Assembly: GCF_036365525.1 (NCBI RefSeq)
Contig: NC_090377.1
Location: 103,368,265 to 103,432,264, forward strand
Reading direction: 5' to 3'
DNA length: 64,000 bases
Source: Heterodontus francisci
Taxonomy: Eukaryota
Notes under the pieces: generated by a model
The model's input: the letters and a program-made list of their open reading frames with translations, nothing else
Told to the model about the DNA's origin: nothing
Database searches by the model: none
In this document: one piece after another, positions 46,070 through 59,106 of the stretch
How positions within the stretch are numbered: the stretch's first letter is position 1
Layout of the letters: every line of letters begins with the position of its first letter
Made by a program: the position numbers and the translations under genes

Positions 46070-48810
46070 ACCCACAAGGACAAAATGTCTCTAAGCATCT
46101 CCCCACCCTAGCCCTGATCTTGCATCTTTCTCTAGTTTCTCTCCCATCTTCCTTCATGCCCTCCCTATGCTCAATTTGTCCATGAGACCCAACTCCTGCT
46201 CCCTGGACCCTTTTCCCACTAAACTACTGACCACCCAATTTACCAGTTTTCCCCCATGTTAGCTGATAGTGTTAGCTGTTAGCTATCATTGGCTATGAAC
46301 CCCTTTCCAACAAATCTGCTATCAGAGGGGCTGCTCAGGAAAATCCTTGATTCCTCTGTCCTTATAATCTACTGCCCCATCTCCGACCTCCCTTTCATCT
46401 CCAAAGTCCTTGTTGTTGCCTCTCACATCCATGTCTATCTTTCCCAGAACTCCATGTTTGAATCCCTCCAATCAGGTTCCTGACCCTGCCACAGTATTCA
46501 AACGGCTCTTATCAAAGTCACAGATGACATGCTATTTGACTGTGTTCAAAGTTAACTATGCTTCCTCACCCTCTTGACTTGTCTGTAGCCTTTGACATGG
46601 TTGACAACACCACCCTCCTCCAACACCTCCACTGTCATACCACTGGCTGGGACTGCACTTGCCTGGTTCCATTCTTATCTATCCAGTCATTGTCAGGGAA
46701 TTGCCTCCAATGGTTCATCTTCCCACTTCTGAAGCAGTATCTTTAATGTTCCCAAAGGATCTATCCATGGCTCTGTCCTATTCCTCATCCACATGAAGCC
46801 CCTTGGTGACATAATGTCCCTTTGTACATGTACGCTGATGGCACCCAGTTCTCCCTCACCTTCACATCTCGCGACCTCTCCACTGTCTCTAAATTGACAG
46901 ACTGCTTGTCCAACATCCAATATTGGATGAACAGAAAATTCCTCTGACTAAATATTGGGAAAACCAAAACTCTTGTCTTTGTTCCCGGCCATAAACTCCA
47001 TTCCCTAGCCACCATCTCCATCCCTCTCCCTAGCAAACTGTCTGAGGCTCAGACAGACACTTTGCAGTTTTGGCATTGTATTTGACCCTGAAGTGACCTT
47101 CCCACCACAAATCCACACCTAACTAAAACCATCTATTTCCACCTCCGTCACTCGGCTGACTCTGCCCTGCCTTGGCTCATCGACTGCTGAAAGTCTCATC
47201 CATGCTGTCACACTCACAAAAGGAACAGTGATGGAATATGAAATGAACTGGAGGAATTATGAACTAAAAGTCAACCGTCGAACTGAATTACAAGAAAATG
47301 GACACATTTGCGCCACAGACAAAATGGAGTCCAGGTCCTGTACTATCAATAAACATGTTTGTCTGAAGAAGATGGAACCTATTATCCCCATCTGAATTAG
47401 CTTTTTGGAAAACACACTGAAATGGAAAAACAGCCCATTCCATGCAAACAACTCCTATCTGCAGGAATGGAGCGAACAAAGACTTTTGCAGAGAGACTGA
47501 CTTCAAAGCTAAGGCCAAAATTAAAAGTGTCCAATAAGACCTATTTATCAAAATGGGCCACATTCAGACACTATCATGTAACAATGTTCCCTTATCCTGG
47601 AACATTGTATGAATCACTCCAGGGGAGAAAACCCTTAATCACCTGACTGACACCCTAACGTGACAAGTTGCTATCTTAAAAGTCATCTCTCTGGAGAGAG
47701 AGGGGGGGAACAGCAAGGGAACAGCCAGAGAGGTTTCTTCCGCCAGAACAGCTGTGAGCGTGTTCCAACTAAGCAGGAGCCCTGTTGATAAGATCCTTTA
47801 ATTACTGCAACAGAGAAATTGCAAGGTGACTTTGGAATTCCTCATCTGCGAAAGTGAACCAGGATTTCCCACCTCTGACTTCTGGTGAGGCTTAAACACA
47901 TGGAGCCTGCAACACTTCATCCTTTTCAAGAAAACAAATATTCGGGGCTGCACCACTGAAAGATTTTCTCCTGAAAAGCTTCCAAAGTTTTTTTTCAAAC
48001 AACAAACTCTTTTACAATAATTGGGCTCAAAATTGCACACTACCCTTTACACTCTATCTTTTCTTGTATGTGTGTGTGTGTATGTGAATGCATGAAGTGA
48101 GTGAAGTCATGAACATTTTCCAATTATTGTGTAAAAATAAATATCTGTCTTTTTTTTTAACCTACAAGAAAACCTGTTGTTTTTCTATTTATTTGACCCG
48201 TAAAGCACTCAGGGAATACAACACTATTTTTAAAAACACTATCTGCAATCAGTTGAGAGGTGAAAAGTGGACACCACCCACACCACTTTGATCAGTCCTT
48301 TGTTACCTCTAGATGTCACTATTGCAATGTGCTCCTGGCTTGGCCTGCCACATTCCACCCTCCATAAGTTGGAGGTCAATCAAAACTCTGCGGCCTGTGC
48401 CCTGACTCACACTAAGTCCCATTTTCTATCACCACTGTGGTCATGACCTACTTTGGCTCTCAGTTAAGCAACACCTCGATTTTAAAATTCTCACGTTTGT
48501 CTTGAAATGCCCACAAGGCCTCGCCTCTCTCTATCTCTGTAATCTCCTCCAGCTCTGCAATTATCCAAGATATCTGTGCTCAACCAATTCTGGCCCCTTG
48601 AACCTTCCCAAATTTGATCACTAGACCATTGGCAGCCATGCCTTCAGCCAAACCCCGAAGCTCTGGAATTCCCTGCCTCACTTCCACTTTTTCCTCCTCT
48701 AAGATGCTCATTAAAATCTACCTCTTTGACCAGCCTTCTGGTCTTTGGACCTCCTATCTTCTTACGTGGTTCAGTGTCAAATGTCGTTTGCTAACGTTCA
48801 CCTTAGGACG
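46070..48810 (+). mobile_element. L2 LINE (RT to 3' tail), interrupted by an LTR-like insert at ~47206-48294
   Basis: YCPISDLPFISKVL, LDLSVAFDMVD, YADGTQ motifs; L2 sequence resumes CTTTGTTACCTCTAGA after the insert. Confidence 0.8.
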
Positions 48811-49249
48811 TTTTCCTCGGAAAACTGAAATGCTCAAGAATTGACCACCTTTGATTCCACCTTAGGACAAGCAGTTCTCGTTTATAGAGAGTTACATTTT
48901 CAGTCTCTGCTTCTTGAAGTCACTTGAAATGTCAAAGTAATTGGCTGAATTTACTGGGTCAAATTCCTTCTGATGTTCCTGGGAATCTGGCTGAAAGGTT
49001 GAGGAAAATGACTGGGTCTTGGATACATTGGGCTGAATTTTCCCAGCCCATTGGAGAAGGGCTGGGTGGTCGAAAGCTGGCAATATGGCGGGGCAAGGTG
49101 TCGGGACATTGTATTATTATTTTTTTAAAGTCCTGCTGTTCCTTTCTTAATTATGGATTCCAGCATCTTCCCAATGACAGATATCAGCTGAACTGGTCTA
49201 TGGTTTCCTGAGTTCTATCTCCCTCCTTTCTTGAATAGGTGAATGACGC

Positions 49250-50300
49250 CTGACACAAACAGGATGGATACTATAAAGAGGCTACTATTTCCAGCATCAA
49301 AGATAGCTCTTCAGTCATTTCTGAGGCTTACGAGGAACCAATGATCAATCATCCCAAAGTTTGCAGAACTCACTAATCTGATACCTGACTTACTCAAGGG
49401 AGATGATGATTCAGTTCAGCAGGATTGATTGGATGGGCACACTGATTCAGTCACCAGGCTGACGCAAGCAGCTGTGCTGGTTATGTGCTTGATCTCTCCA
49501 GACCAAGTTCAGCTGTTTACTTACTGAAAGCCTGGCAACCATACACTGCCGGGAGGTGCATGGCAGACTGACATGGATCACATATACAGCCCACATCCTG
49601 ATGGGAGTCAGGAAGACGATCAACACATGTGAGTGACACCTTCTGGCAACTTTCTTGACAGTACAGCATTTTCCTTATATCACCTGCTACAGCCTTTGGT
49701 GTTACATTCCCCCCACAACCTACTGAAATTATTACTAAAACCTGATGACACAATGTTCTCACTGAACCACGAGTTATTGTTTCTGATGGAGCATGAATTC
49801 CAGATCACGCCAGAAATGGCAATGCTCATTCCGCAACTTTCTTTGTACCAAGGGGAGTCACACACATGCCACTTTCCCATCATCCAGTTTAATTATCATC
49901 CAGTCCTAAAGACCCCGATAGATGATGCACAATGTATCCACAATGCTGGCTCATCCTATCACATGAATAGAAAACCACATCAGATTCACGGTGGTTACTC
50001 CTGCATGGATATTTCTGTATAAATATAACATGCACTCAACACAGCATATTAATTACTGCATTAGTTCTGGGTGTTCACATCATATCTGGTGTGGTTACCA
50101 ACATCTATCCGGACACTGCTTATGTCATCAACACAGCACTGTAGTTATTGCTTTGCTAACCAGCAAAGATACTGCATCACGGACTGAAAACCGCTGGTAT
50201 GAGCAGCAATGCTCTCCCAACATTGGATGGTACTACAAAACAAGAAGGTGCCTATCTACCTCAGGAAAATCAAACTTCATAGGTAAACAGGACATCCACA
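49250..50300 (-). mobile_element. Gypsy RNaseH/integrase remnant
   Basis: Decayed ..PWYK...SI..GVIW.., GDIRKML...CDPCQ resembling the region before and within the integrase H2C2 domain. Confidence 0.45.
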
Positions 50301-51104
50301 AGCACATGGAAACTCTTTAGCTGATCAATATGCTAAGGTGTCAGTACAAAATGCGACGCCATGTGAATCTACTCCCTTGCATCAGGTGTCAGTGAGGGGC
50401 TCTCCAACCACCTGTCTCCTACCCACCTCACCTCCCACCTCCACTGTTGACCTACACACCTTACAGAATGAATATGAGCCCTACTGCCAGACACACAAGT
50501 GGCACGGCAAAGGGAAACCTCTTCCACAACCCATGCTGTATGCCCACTGTACTGATTCTGCTAATGCATGAGTCATACTCATGTATGAAGTGACTGGGTG
50601 CCACTTCCCAGTTGTATGTTTACCCAGAGTTACACAGATGACTTCTTAATGTTTCACTTATCACCTCTGGTCAGTCAAGTGTCATTGGAAACTGCTATCT
50701 CTAAAATCAAAAGATCAGCCTGATGGACTCTAAATCTGATATTGCTCACAGAGTTAGTCGATGTTCAGTTTACCTGCAGCATAACCCAGGTGCTAGTGAT
50801 AATTGAGCATTTTTAAGGTTGGTACCTCTGCCAGACTGTTCTTGGGCCACATTCAAATTGATTTTATTGGGCCACTACCACAACCTCCAGGTGGTTTTGT
50901 TCACTGTCTGGTCATCTTAGATCAGTTTAGTTAATGGATGGAGGATTTCCTGGTACAGAACAACACAGTTTTAACTGCAGCTTGTGTATTATTATTCAAG
51001 GTAATCTGCAGGTGGGGAATACCACTACTGGTGGACAGTGGTCAGGGGGGTCATATCTCACAGGGAAAATTTTGCTGAGCTGCAAGTAATGGTGGGAATT
51101 TTTT

Positions 51105-51478
51105 TCTTTTATGGGATCTGGATCTAGGCCAGCATTTATTGCCCATCCCTAATTGCCTTTGAACTGAGTGGCTTGCTAGGCCATTTCAGAGGGCATTTTA
51201 AGAGTCAACCACATTGCTGTGGGTCTGGAGTCATATGTAGGCCATACCAGGTAAGGACGGCAGATTTCCTTCCCTAAAGGACATTAGTGAACCAGATGAG
51301 TTTTTACAACAATCGACAATGGTTTCATGTTCACAATTAGACTTGCTTTTAATTCCAGGTTTATTAATTGAATTCAAATTTCACCATCTGCCATGGTGGG
51401 ATTCGAACCCATGTCCCCAGAGCATTAGCCTGGGCTCTGGATTACTAGTGCAGTGGGATCACCACTATGCCACCACCT
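51105..51478 (-). mobile_element. tRNA-derived SINE (family of 17165)
   Basis: GGTTCGAATCCC B-box on minus strand; shared core and tail. Confidence 0.75.
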
Positions 51479-51789
51479 CTCAAACAGAAGGTATACATTT
51501 TCTATCATTGTATCAGGCTATGACCAGAAAGTTGATGAGGATACCCGGGTGGGGCGGGGGTGTCTTATTTTGACAAAGAGAGAACACAGATGCCAAATGG
51601 ATTCTGTGCTAATAAGATATGCCAATTTGAAGCTCTGGATTTAGCGCACAATCTTGGTCCTAATTGCTGATTACCATAATTCCAACTTGCTTGAAAGTAC
51701 CTAACAAAACACCTGCAGTTTTACTACTCAAGTGGCGATTAGCCACAATTTTTGTGGAGCTGTATATGTGGGCTCCTCGCACCCACTTC

Positions 51790-52145
51790 CACTGATGGTG
51801 TAGGGACCAAAGCTCCGCTTCAAGGATGCTTACAAGCGTGATATGAAGGCCCTAACTGTCGGCTATTACACCTGGGAGTCACTAGCTGGTGAAAAAGGGA
51901 AATGGCGACACATCCTTTGGACTGGTGTGCCCTATCATGATGACCAGTGGCTACAGCAACTTGGCAACAGGTGCTAATGCTGAAAAGAACTCATAGCGTC
52001 ACTTGGCACCTTCATGTGCGGCACTTGTGGCAGAACCTGCCCCTCAAGGATTGGGTTTCACAGCCATCAGCAAAGGTGAACCAAGTGAAGACACCCCACC
52101 TAAATGCTGTATGTCCATCATTTTCGTAGATGGTCGGATGCCATG
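51790..52145 (+). mobile_element. RTE-clade LINE 3' end
   Basis: PKLRFKDAYKRDMKA and C-terminal FMCGTCGRTCPSRIGFHSHQ. Confidence 0.7.
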
Positions 52146-52304
52146 GACTCACTTCCACTGAAGGTGTGGAGTGCATTGTCCAGCACACATTCGCATGTTT
52201 CAAGATGGCTCAGGAACCAAAGGGGAGGCCACACAGATTCTCAGATGTGGTACTGATGTTGGTGCAAGAAGACCAGAGGAGGAAGGAGGATGACCAAAAG
52301 GCAG

Positions 52305-53510
52305 ATCATGCTTCACTAATCTAACTGAATTTTTGGATGAAGTAGCAAAGATAGTCGATGAAGGGAATACGGTGGATTTTGTCTATATGGATTTTAAGAA
52401 AACGTTTGATAAAGTACCACATAAATGGCTGCTTAACAAAATTGTTCATGGAATAGGAGGGTCAGTGTCCAGATGGATAAAAAATTGGCTTAAGGAGTCA
52501 TGGTAAATGGTTGCTTTCAGACTGGAGGATGGCAGACAGTGGTGTTCCCCAAGGGTCAGTGCTAGAACCACTGCTTTTTTTGCTATATATAAATGGCCTG
52601 GATCTTGGAATACAGAGTAGAATTTCAAATTTGCCAATAATACCAAACTTGGAGGAGTGGCAAACAGTGAGGATATGAATCGTCTGCAACAGGATATAGA
52701 TAGGCTAGTAGAATGGGCAGACAAGTGGCAGATGGAATTTATTGTGAGGTGATGCAATTTGGCAGAAGGGATAGGGTGAGGCAATAAAGACTTAACAGCG
52801 CAGTTCTAAAGAGTGGGCAGGAACAGAAAGATCTGGGAGTGCATGCACATCAATATTTGAGAGTGGCAGGACATATTGAGAGATTGGTTAGCAAAGCATA
52901 TGGAATCTTAAGCTTCATAAATAAAGGGATAAAGTACAAAAGAAGTGAAGTTATGCTAAAACTTTATAAAGCTCTGGTTAGGCCCCAACTCGAGTATTGG
53001 GTTCAGTTCTGGCGACCACACAGAGGATATGAGGGTGCAGAGGAGATTAACAGAATGATTCCAGTGATTGGGGTTTTCAGTTACAAGGTTAGGTTTGAAA
53101 AGCTGGGGTTTTTCTCCCTGGAGCAAAGGAGATTGAGGGGAGATTTGAAAGTGGTGTACAAGATTATTACAGACTTAGATAAGTAGACAAGGAAAAACTG
53201 TTCCCATTAACTGATGTGCAAGGACTAGGGAAGACAGATTGAAGGTTTTGGGCAAGAGACACAGGGGGAATGTGAGGAAGCACTTTTTTAAGCAGCAAGT
53301 GGTAATGACCTGAAACTCGCTGCCCATGAGAGTGGTGGAAGCGGAGAAAATGAATGATTTCAAAAGGAAATTGAATGGGCGCGTGAAGGAAATAAATTTG
53401 AAGGGCTACGGGTTCGAGGGAAAATGGGACCGACTGGAATTCTCCCTGGAGAGCCTGCATGGACTCAATGGGCCAAATGGCCTCTTTCTATGCTATAAAT
53501 GACTATGACT
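52305..53510 (+). mobile_element. CR1 LINE 3' fragment
   Basis: YMDFKKTFDKVPH, GVPQGSVL, LYKALVRPQLEY; ATGACT tail repeat. Confidence 0.85.
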
Positions 53511-54879
53511 CTATGTCATGTACCGACAGAGAGGAAGTATACACCCTTGCCCTCCTCTTCCGCCCTCCTGCAGCAGCTGGCGCTACTCTGCCTCACCTCA
53601 TGTCCTCCTAACATTCCTTGTCCAGTTTGGGGGGCGACCCCTAACAAGATACCCATGACCAAGCACTCCCTTTCTCCTGGTGTCTCCTGTAGGTTTTCCA
53701 ATAAGGTGGAATAGCAAAGATCTTGATCTTGTTAGGCGAAGACCTCAGAGAATTTCTGGAATAAATGTTGCTAGAGTGTTGGCACAGTCTTGACAAAGTG
53801 TCCCAGAAAGTTAACTGATATGTTTCAGACGTCCTCTTCACAGCTGCGGCTACAATGATCATGACATGTTGAGTATCCCTTTAAGTAGCCCTCGAATCGC
53901 ACATCAGCACCTTGCTTACTCCCAAACAACAGGTCGCCATGAGGAGAGGGTGTTAGGACAAGTGCAAGCCACGAAAATACCAAGCAGCTTCCTTAATGAG
54001 TGCTCACCGGCTCCTTTACCAAGATGGCATCTTGTGCTAAACCTGCGATAAACTAGCGATTCAGGTTATAACCCCACCTTAGCCGCACTGGAGGAAATTT
54101 AGTGTCTGAAAGTGCTGCTGAAAATCACTCCCCTGATCACTTGTTCAACCCAACAACTACAAAATGATGCAGGCAGCAGTTATTGCAATTGGGTACAACA
54201 AATGTAATAATCAATCAGAACCACAAACATGTAAGTGCCTAGACAATTGGGCAAATCGAACAAAACAAAATAGAAGGTATTTCAACAAAGACTTATTACC
54301 TTTAGAGTATCAGCTCGGCGGACAACAGTGGCAGAAAGGAACATCACTTTGCACCTGGATAGAAGGGACTGTTCCCTATAGTCAATAAAGCTACCCTGTC
54401 AGTATACTTGATCCAGGGTACCAGGAAGAAGAATGTGATGGTATCATGTCAACCAACTTAAAACAGCGGGTTGACAATTATGTTTAAGACTGAGATAGTA
54501 ACAAGCGCTGTGCTTGGTTATTACCAAATTAGAAAAGGAGATTCAACAGCATCTACTGCTGGGGCTGATATCTGACCTGGGGTGGGACCACAGCCAATGA
54601 CTCGAGTATATTACATCAAGGTTGATGGAGATGAATTTCAGAGAGGAACCAACACATGTGGATGAGCCACAATCAGGTCTACATAATGGGAACAGAAAGC
54701 TTATGAACTCTGCACTGAATGAAACCAAAGTGATAACATACCAGATCCTGAAAGCCCGTATTCAATGTTTTTATGTTTGTTGAGACCCGACTCTTGCAGA
54801 GGCAATGTGTACACATTTCTGGTCAAGAAATAACAACACCACAGATAGAATTAAACTTGGGAGAATGAGAAAAGTTGGC

Positions 54880-57467
54880 AAGGAATTTTGGGTGGACATT
54901 AGGAATAGCAGGAGTCAGAAAACACTGGTGGGAGTAGTTTATAGGCTCCCTAACTGTAGTTATATTATTGGACAGGTCATTAAACAGGAAATTTTTGGAG
55001 CATGTACAAAAGGTAATGTATTAATTGTTGGCGACTTTAATCTGTATATAGACTGGAACAATCAAATTGGCAACAGCGGTCCAGAAGATGAATTTGTAGA
55101 ATGCTTTCATGACAGTTTCTTGGAGCAATACAAGGGATAAACTAGGGATAAAGCCATCTTATATCTTGTATTGTGTCATAAAGCAAGGTTAATAAGCAAT
55201 GTCATAGTACAAGATCCACTGGGGAATAGTGGTCATAATACCATTGAATTTCATTTTAAATTTGAAAGTGACTCATTTCAATCACAAACAAGGATCTTAA
55301 ACTTAAACAAAGTCAATTATGAAGGTATGAGGGGAGAACTGGCTAAGGTTAATTGGGTAAATAGACTGGAAGGTATGGTGGTAAATGAACAGTGGGGAAC
55401 ATTTAATTAACAATTCAAAGGGTTCAACAAAAGTAGATTCCGTTCAAAAACAAAAACGCATCAAGAAACACCCATCCGTGGCTCACTCAGGAAGTTAAGG
55501 AGAGTATTCAACTAAAAGAAGAGGCTGACAATGTTGCAAAAAATAGTAGCAAGTCTGAGGATTGGGAGTGCTTTTGAAACCAGCAAAAGGTCACCAAAAA
55601 GTTGACAAAATGGGAAAAAATAGAATATGAGAGTAAACTAACTAGGAATATAAAAACAGATTGTAAGAGCTTTTATAAGTACATAAAAAGGAAGAGAGTA
55701 GCTAAAGTAGACATTGGTCCCTTAGAGGCAGAGACAGGGGAAATCATCATGGGGAATGAGGAAATGGCAGAGGCATTGAACATATATTTTGTGTCTGTCT
55801 TCACAGTAGAAGACACAAGTTCCATACCAGAAATAGGCAGTACCCGGGGGATAAAAAGAGTGAGGAAATTAAGGATATTGATATCAGCCGAGAAAAAGTA
55901 TTGGAGAAACTTGAGGGACTAAAATCTGACAAGTCCCTGGGACCAGATGGCCTACATCCTAGGGTTCTAAAAGAGGTAGCTGCAGAGATAGTGGATGTGC
56001 TGGTTATGATTTTCCAGAATTCCTTAGATTCAGGAATGGTCCTGTCGGATGGGAAGTTGGCAAATGTTACACCGCTTTTCAAGAAAGGAGGGAGAGAGAA
56101 AACAGGGAACTACAGGCTAAGTTAGCCTATATCAGTCGTTAGGAAAATGCTGAAAACTATATTAAAGAAGTCTTAACACTGCACTTGGTAAAACATAGTA
56201 AGATTAGAACAATTGCTTGGTTTTACTAAAGGGAGATCCTGTTTGACAAATTTATTAGAGTTTTTTGGGGATGCAACGAGCAGGGTAGATAAAGGGGAGC
56301 CAGTAGGCATAGCATACCTGGATTTTCAAAAGGCTTTCATTAAGGTGCCACATAAAAGATTCATAGCCAAGTTAAGGGCTCATGGCGTTGGGGTAATATA
56401 TTAGTGTGGATAGAGGATTGGTTAACAGACAGGAAGCAGAGAGTGGGCATAAATGGGGCATTTTCAAGTTGGCAGGCAGTGAATAGTGGGATGCCTCAAG
56501 GATCAGTGCTGGGGCCTCAGCTATTTACACACTATATTAATGACTTGGATGAAGAGACAGAGAGTAATGTATCTAAGTTTGCTGATGATACAAAACTCGG
56601 TGTAAAGGTAAGCTGTGGGTTGGAAATAGAGAGGCTGCAAAGGGATATAGACAGGTTAAGTGAGTGGGCAAGAAGATGGCAAATGGAGTATAATGTAGGG
56701 AAGTGTGAAGTTGTTCATTTTGGTCATAAAAGTAGAAAGCAGAATATTTTTACAAGGTGTGAAACTGGTAAGTGTCTATGTTCAGAGAGACTTGGGTGTA
56801 CTCGTACAAGGAACGCATAAAGTTAACATGCAAGTGCAGCAGGCTATTAGGAAGGCAAATGGCATGTTGGCCTTTATTTCAAGGGGATTGGAGTACAGGA
56901 ATAAAGAAGTCTCATTAAAATTGTACGGGGCTTTGGTGAGACCGTATCTGGAATACTGTGTGCAGTTTTGGTCTCCACATTTAAAAAAGGATATACTTTC
57001 ATTGGAGGCAGTGCAGCAAAGATTTACTAAATTGATCCCTGAGATGAAGGGGTTGTCCCATGATGAGAAGCTGAGTAAATTGGGCCTATATTCTCTGGAA
57101 TTTAGAAGAATGAGAGGTGATCGAATTGAGATATAGAATTGAGATTGTTCCCATTGGTCAGGGACTCTAGAACATGGAGACACAGTCTCAGGATAAGGGG
57201 CCAAACATTCAGGACTGAGATGAGGAGAAATTACTTCACTCAAAGGGTTGTGAATCTTTGAAATTCTCTATTCCAGAGGGTTGTGGATGCTCCAACATTG
57301 AATACAATTAAGGCTGGGATAGATAGATTTTTGGTCTTGCAGGGAATCAAGGGACATGGGGAGCGGGTAGAAAAATGGAATTGAAGCCCAAGATCAGCCA
57401 TGATCATATTGAATGGCGGAGCAGGCTCGATGGGCCATATGGTCTATTTCTGCTCCTATTTCTTGTG
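54880..57467 (+). mobile_element. CR1 LINE ORF2 (APE, RT, 3' UTR), frameshifted
   Basis: GVVYRLPN, GDFN, GPDGLHPRVLKE, YLDFQKAF, PQGSVLGP, KFADDTK, LVRPYLEYCVQFWSP. Confidence 0.92.
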
Positions 57468-59106
57468 AATTCCCATTAGGTGAAGTAGCACAGACAAGAA
57501 GAACACTGAAGTAATATATTCGCCCTGGTTTTGGGAGTGTAATGAGGGTTTTGTCACATGATTACTGAGGCTAGCAATCAATGGCTAGTTGAATGTCTTA
57601 CCACCTGATAAATGCCCAACATGTACACTAATGTCCTTTAGGGAAGGCAATCTGCTATTATTAACCTGTCTGGCCTATATGAGTCTTAACCCTCCTCCAA
57701 TATGGCTTGGTAAGCTACTCAGTTGTAACAATTATCTATGAAAAAGTCGAATAAGAATAAAGCCAGAGGAAGCACCGAGCAATGGATACGACAAAGGCAC
57801 ATCCAGCAACATGAACATACAAGTTCTTGTTTACTATAATCTGGGGATTTATGCCAAAATTGGGAGATCTGTCCCACAGACTAGTAAACCAACAGGCTCA
57901 CATAGTCGTAATCATAAAATCATAGAAACATAGAAAATAGGAGCAGGAGTAGGCCATTCGACCCTTCGAGCCTGCTCCGCCATTCATTATGATCATGGCT
58001 GATCATCCAGCTCAGTAACCTGTTCCCGCCTTCGCCCCATACCCTTTGATCCCTTTAGACCCAAGAGCTATAATAGAAAACCCAAGAGCGATAATAGAAA
58101 ACCCAAGAGCATAGAAGAGGAATGTTGTGTGATAGCTTACAGCCAGCATCCCAAATTCCTCCACCACCATCCCTGGGTATGTCTTCTCCCACAACAGGAC
58201 AGACCGACCAGAGGTGGCAAAACAGTGGTATATAGTTGGCAGGGAGTGGCTCTGGAAGTTCTCAACATTGACTCTGGTTCCCACGACGTTCCATGACATC
58301 AGGTCAAACATGGTCAAGGCACCTCATTCTGAGTAACACCTACTTTCCTTCCTCAGCTGATGAGTCAGTACTACTTCACATTGAACACCACTCGGAAGAA
58401 GTACTGAGTGTAGCAAAGGCACAGAATGTACTTTGGATGGGGTCTTCAATGTCCATCACCAAATGTGCCATGGTAGTACCAATACTCACCCAGCTGTCTA
58501 AGTCATGAAGGGCGTAACTGCCAGACAGGGCCTGCGGCAGGTCGTGAGAGAACCAACACGAGGGAAAAACCTACTTGATCTTGTCTTCACCAATCTACCT
58601 GTTCAAGTTCTACCTTCCCATGACAATATTGAGAGGAGTGACCCCGCACAGTCCTAGTAGAGACTAAGTCCCGTCTTCACACTGTGGATACCCTCCGTTG
58701 TGTTGTTGGGCATACCACTGTGCTAAGTGGGATAGATTCAGAACAAATCTTGCAGCTCAGAGCTAGGCATCCATGAGGTGCTTTGGGCCATCAGCAGCAG
58801 CAGAATTTTATTACACCACAATCTGTAAGTTCATGGTTTGGCATATCCCTCACTCTAGCATTACCATCAAACTAGGGGATCCACCCTGATTCAAGGAGGA
58901 GTGCAGGACAGCATGCCAGGCGCAGTACCAGGCATACCTAAAAATGAGATGCCAACCTGGTGAAACTAAAATACAGGACTACCTGCATGCTAAAGAGTAA
59001 AACCACATGCTATAGACAAAGCCAAGCAATTCATCAGGACAAAGCTATGCAGTCCTGTCACATCCAGTTGTGAAATGTAATGGAAAATTGAACATTAATT
59101 GAATAT

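Noticed and set aside
58059-58116. CRISPR-like array
   Set aside because: Eukaryotic context, contiguous tandem units without unique spacers, no cas genes
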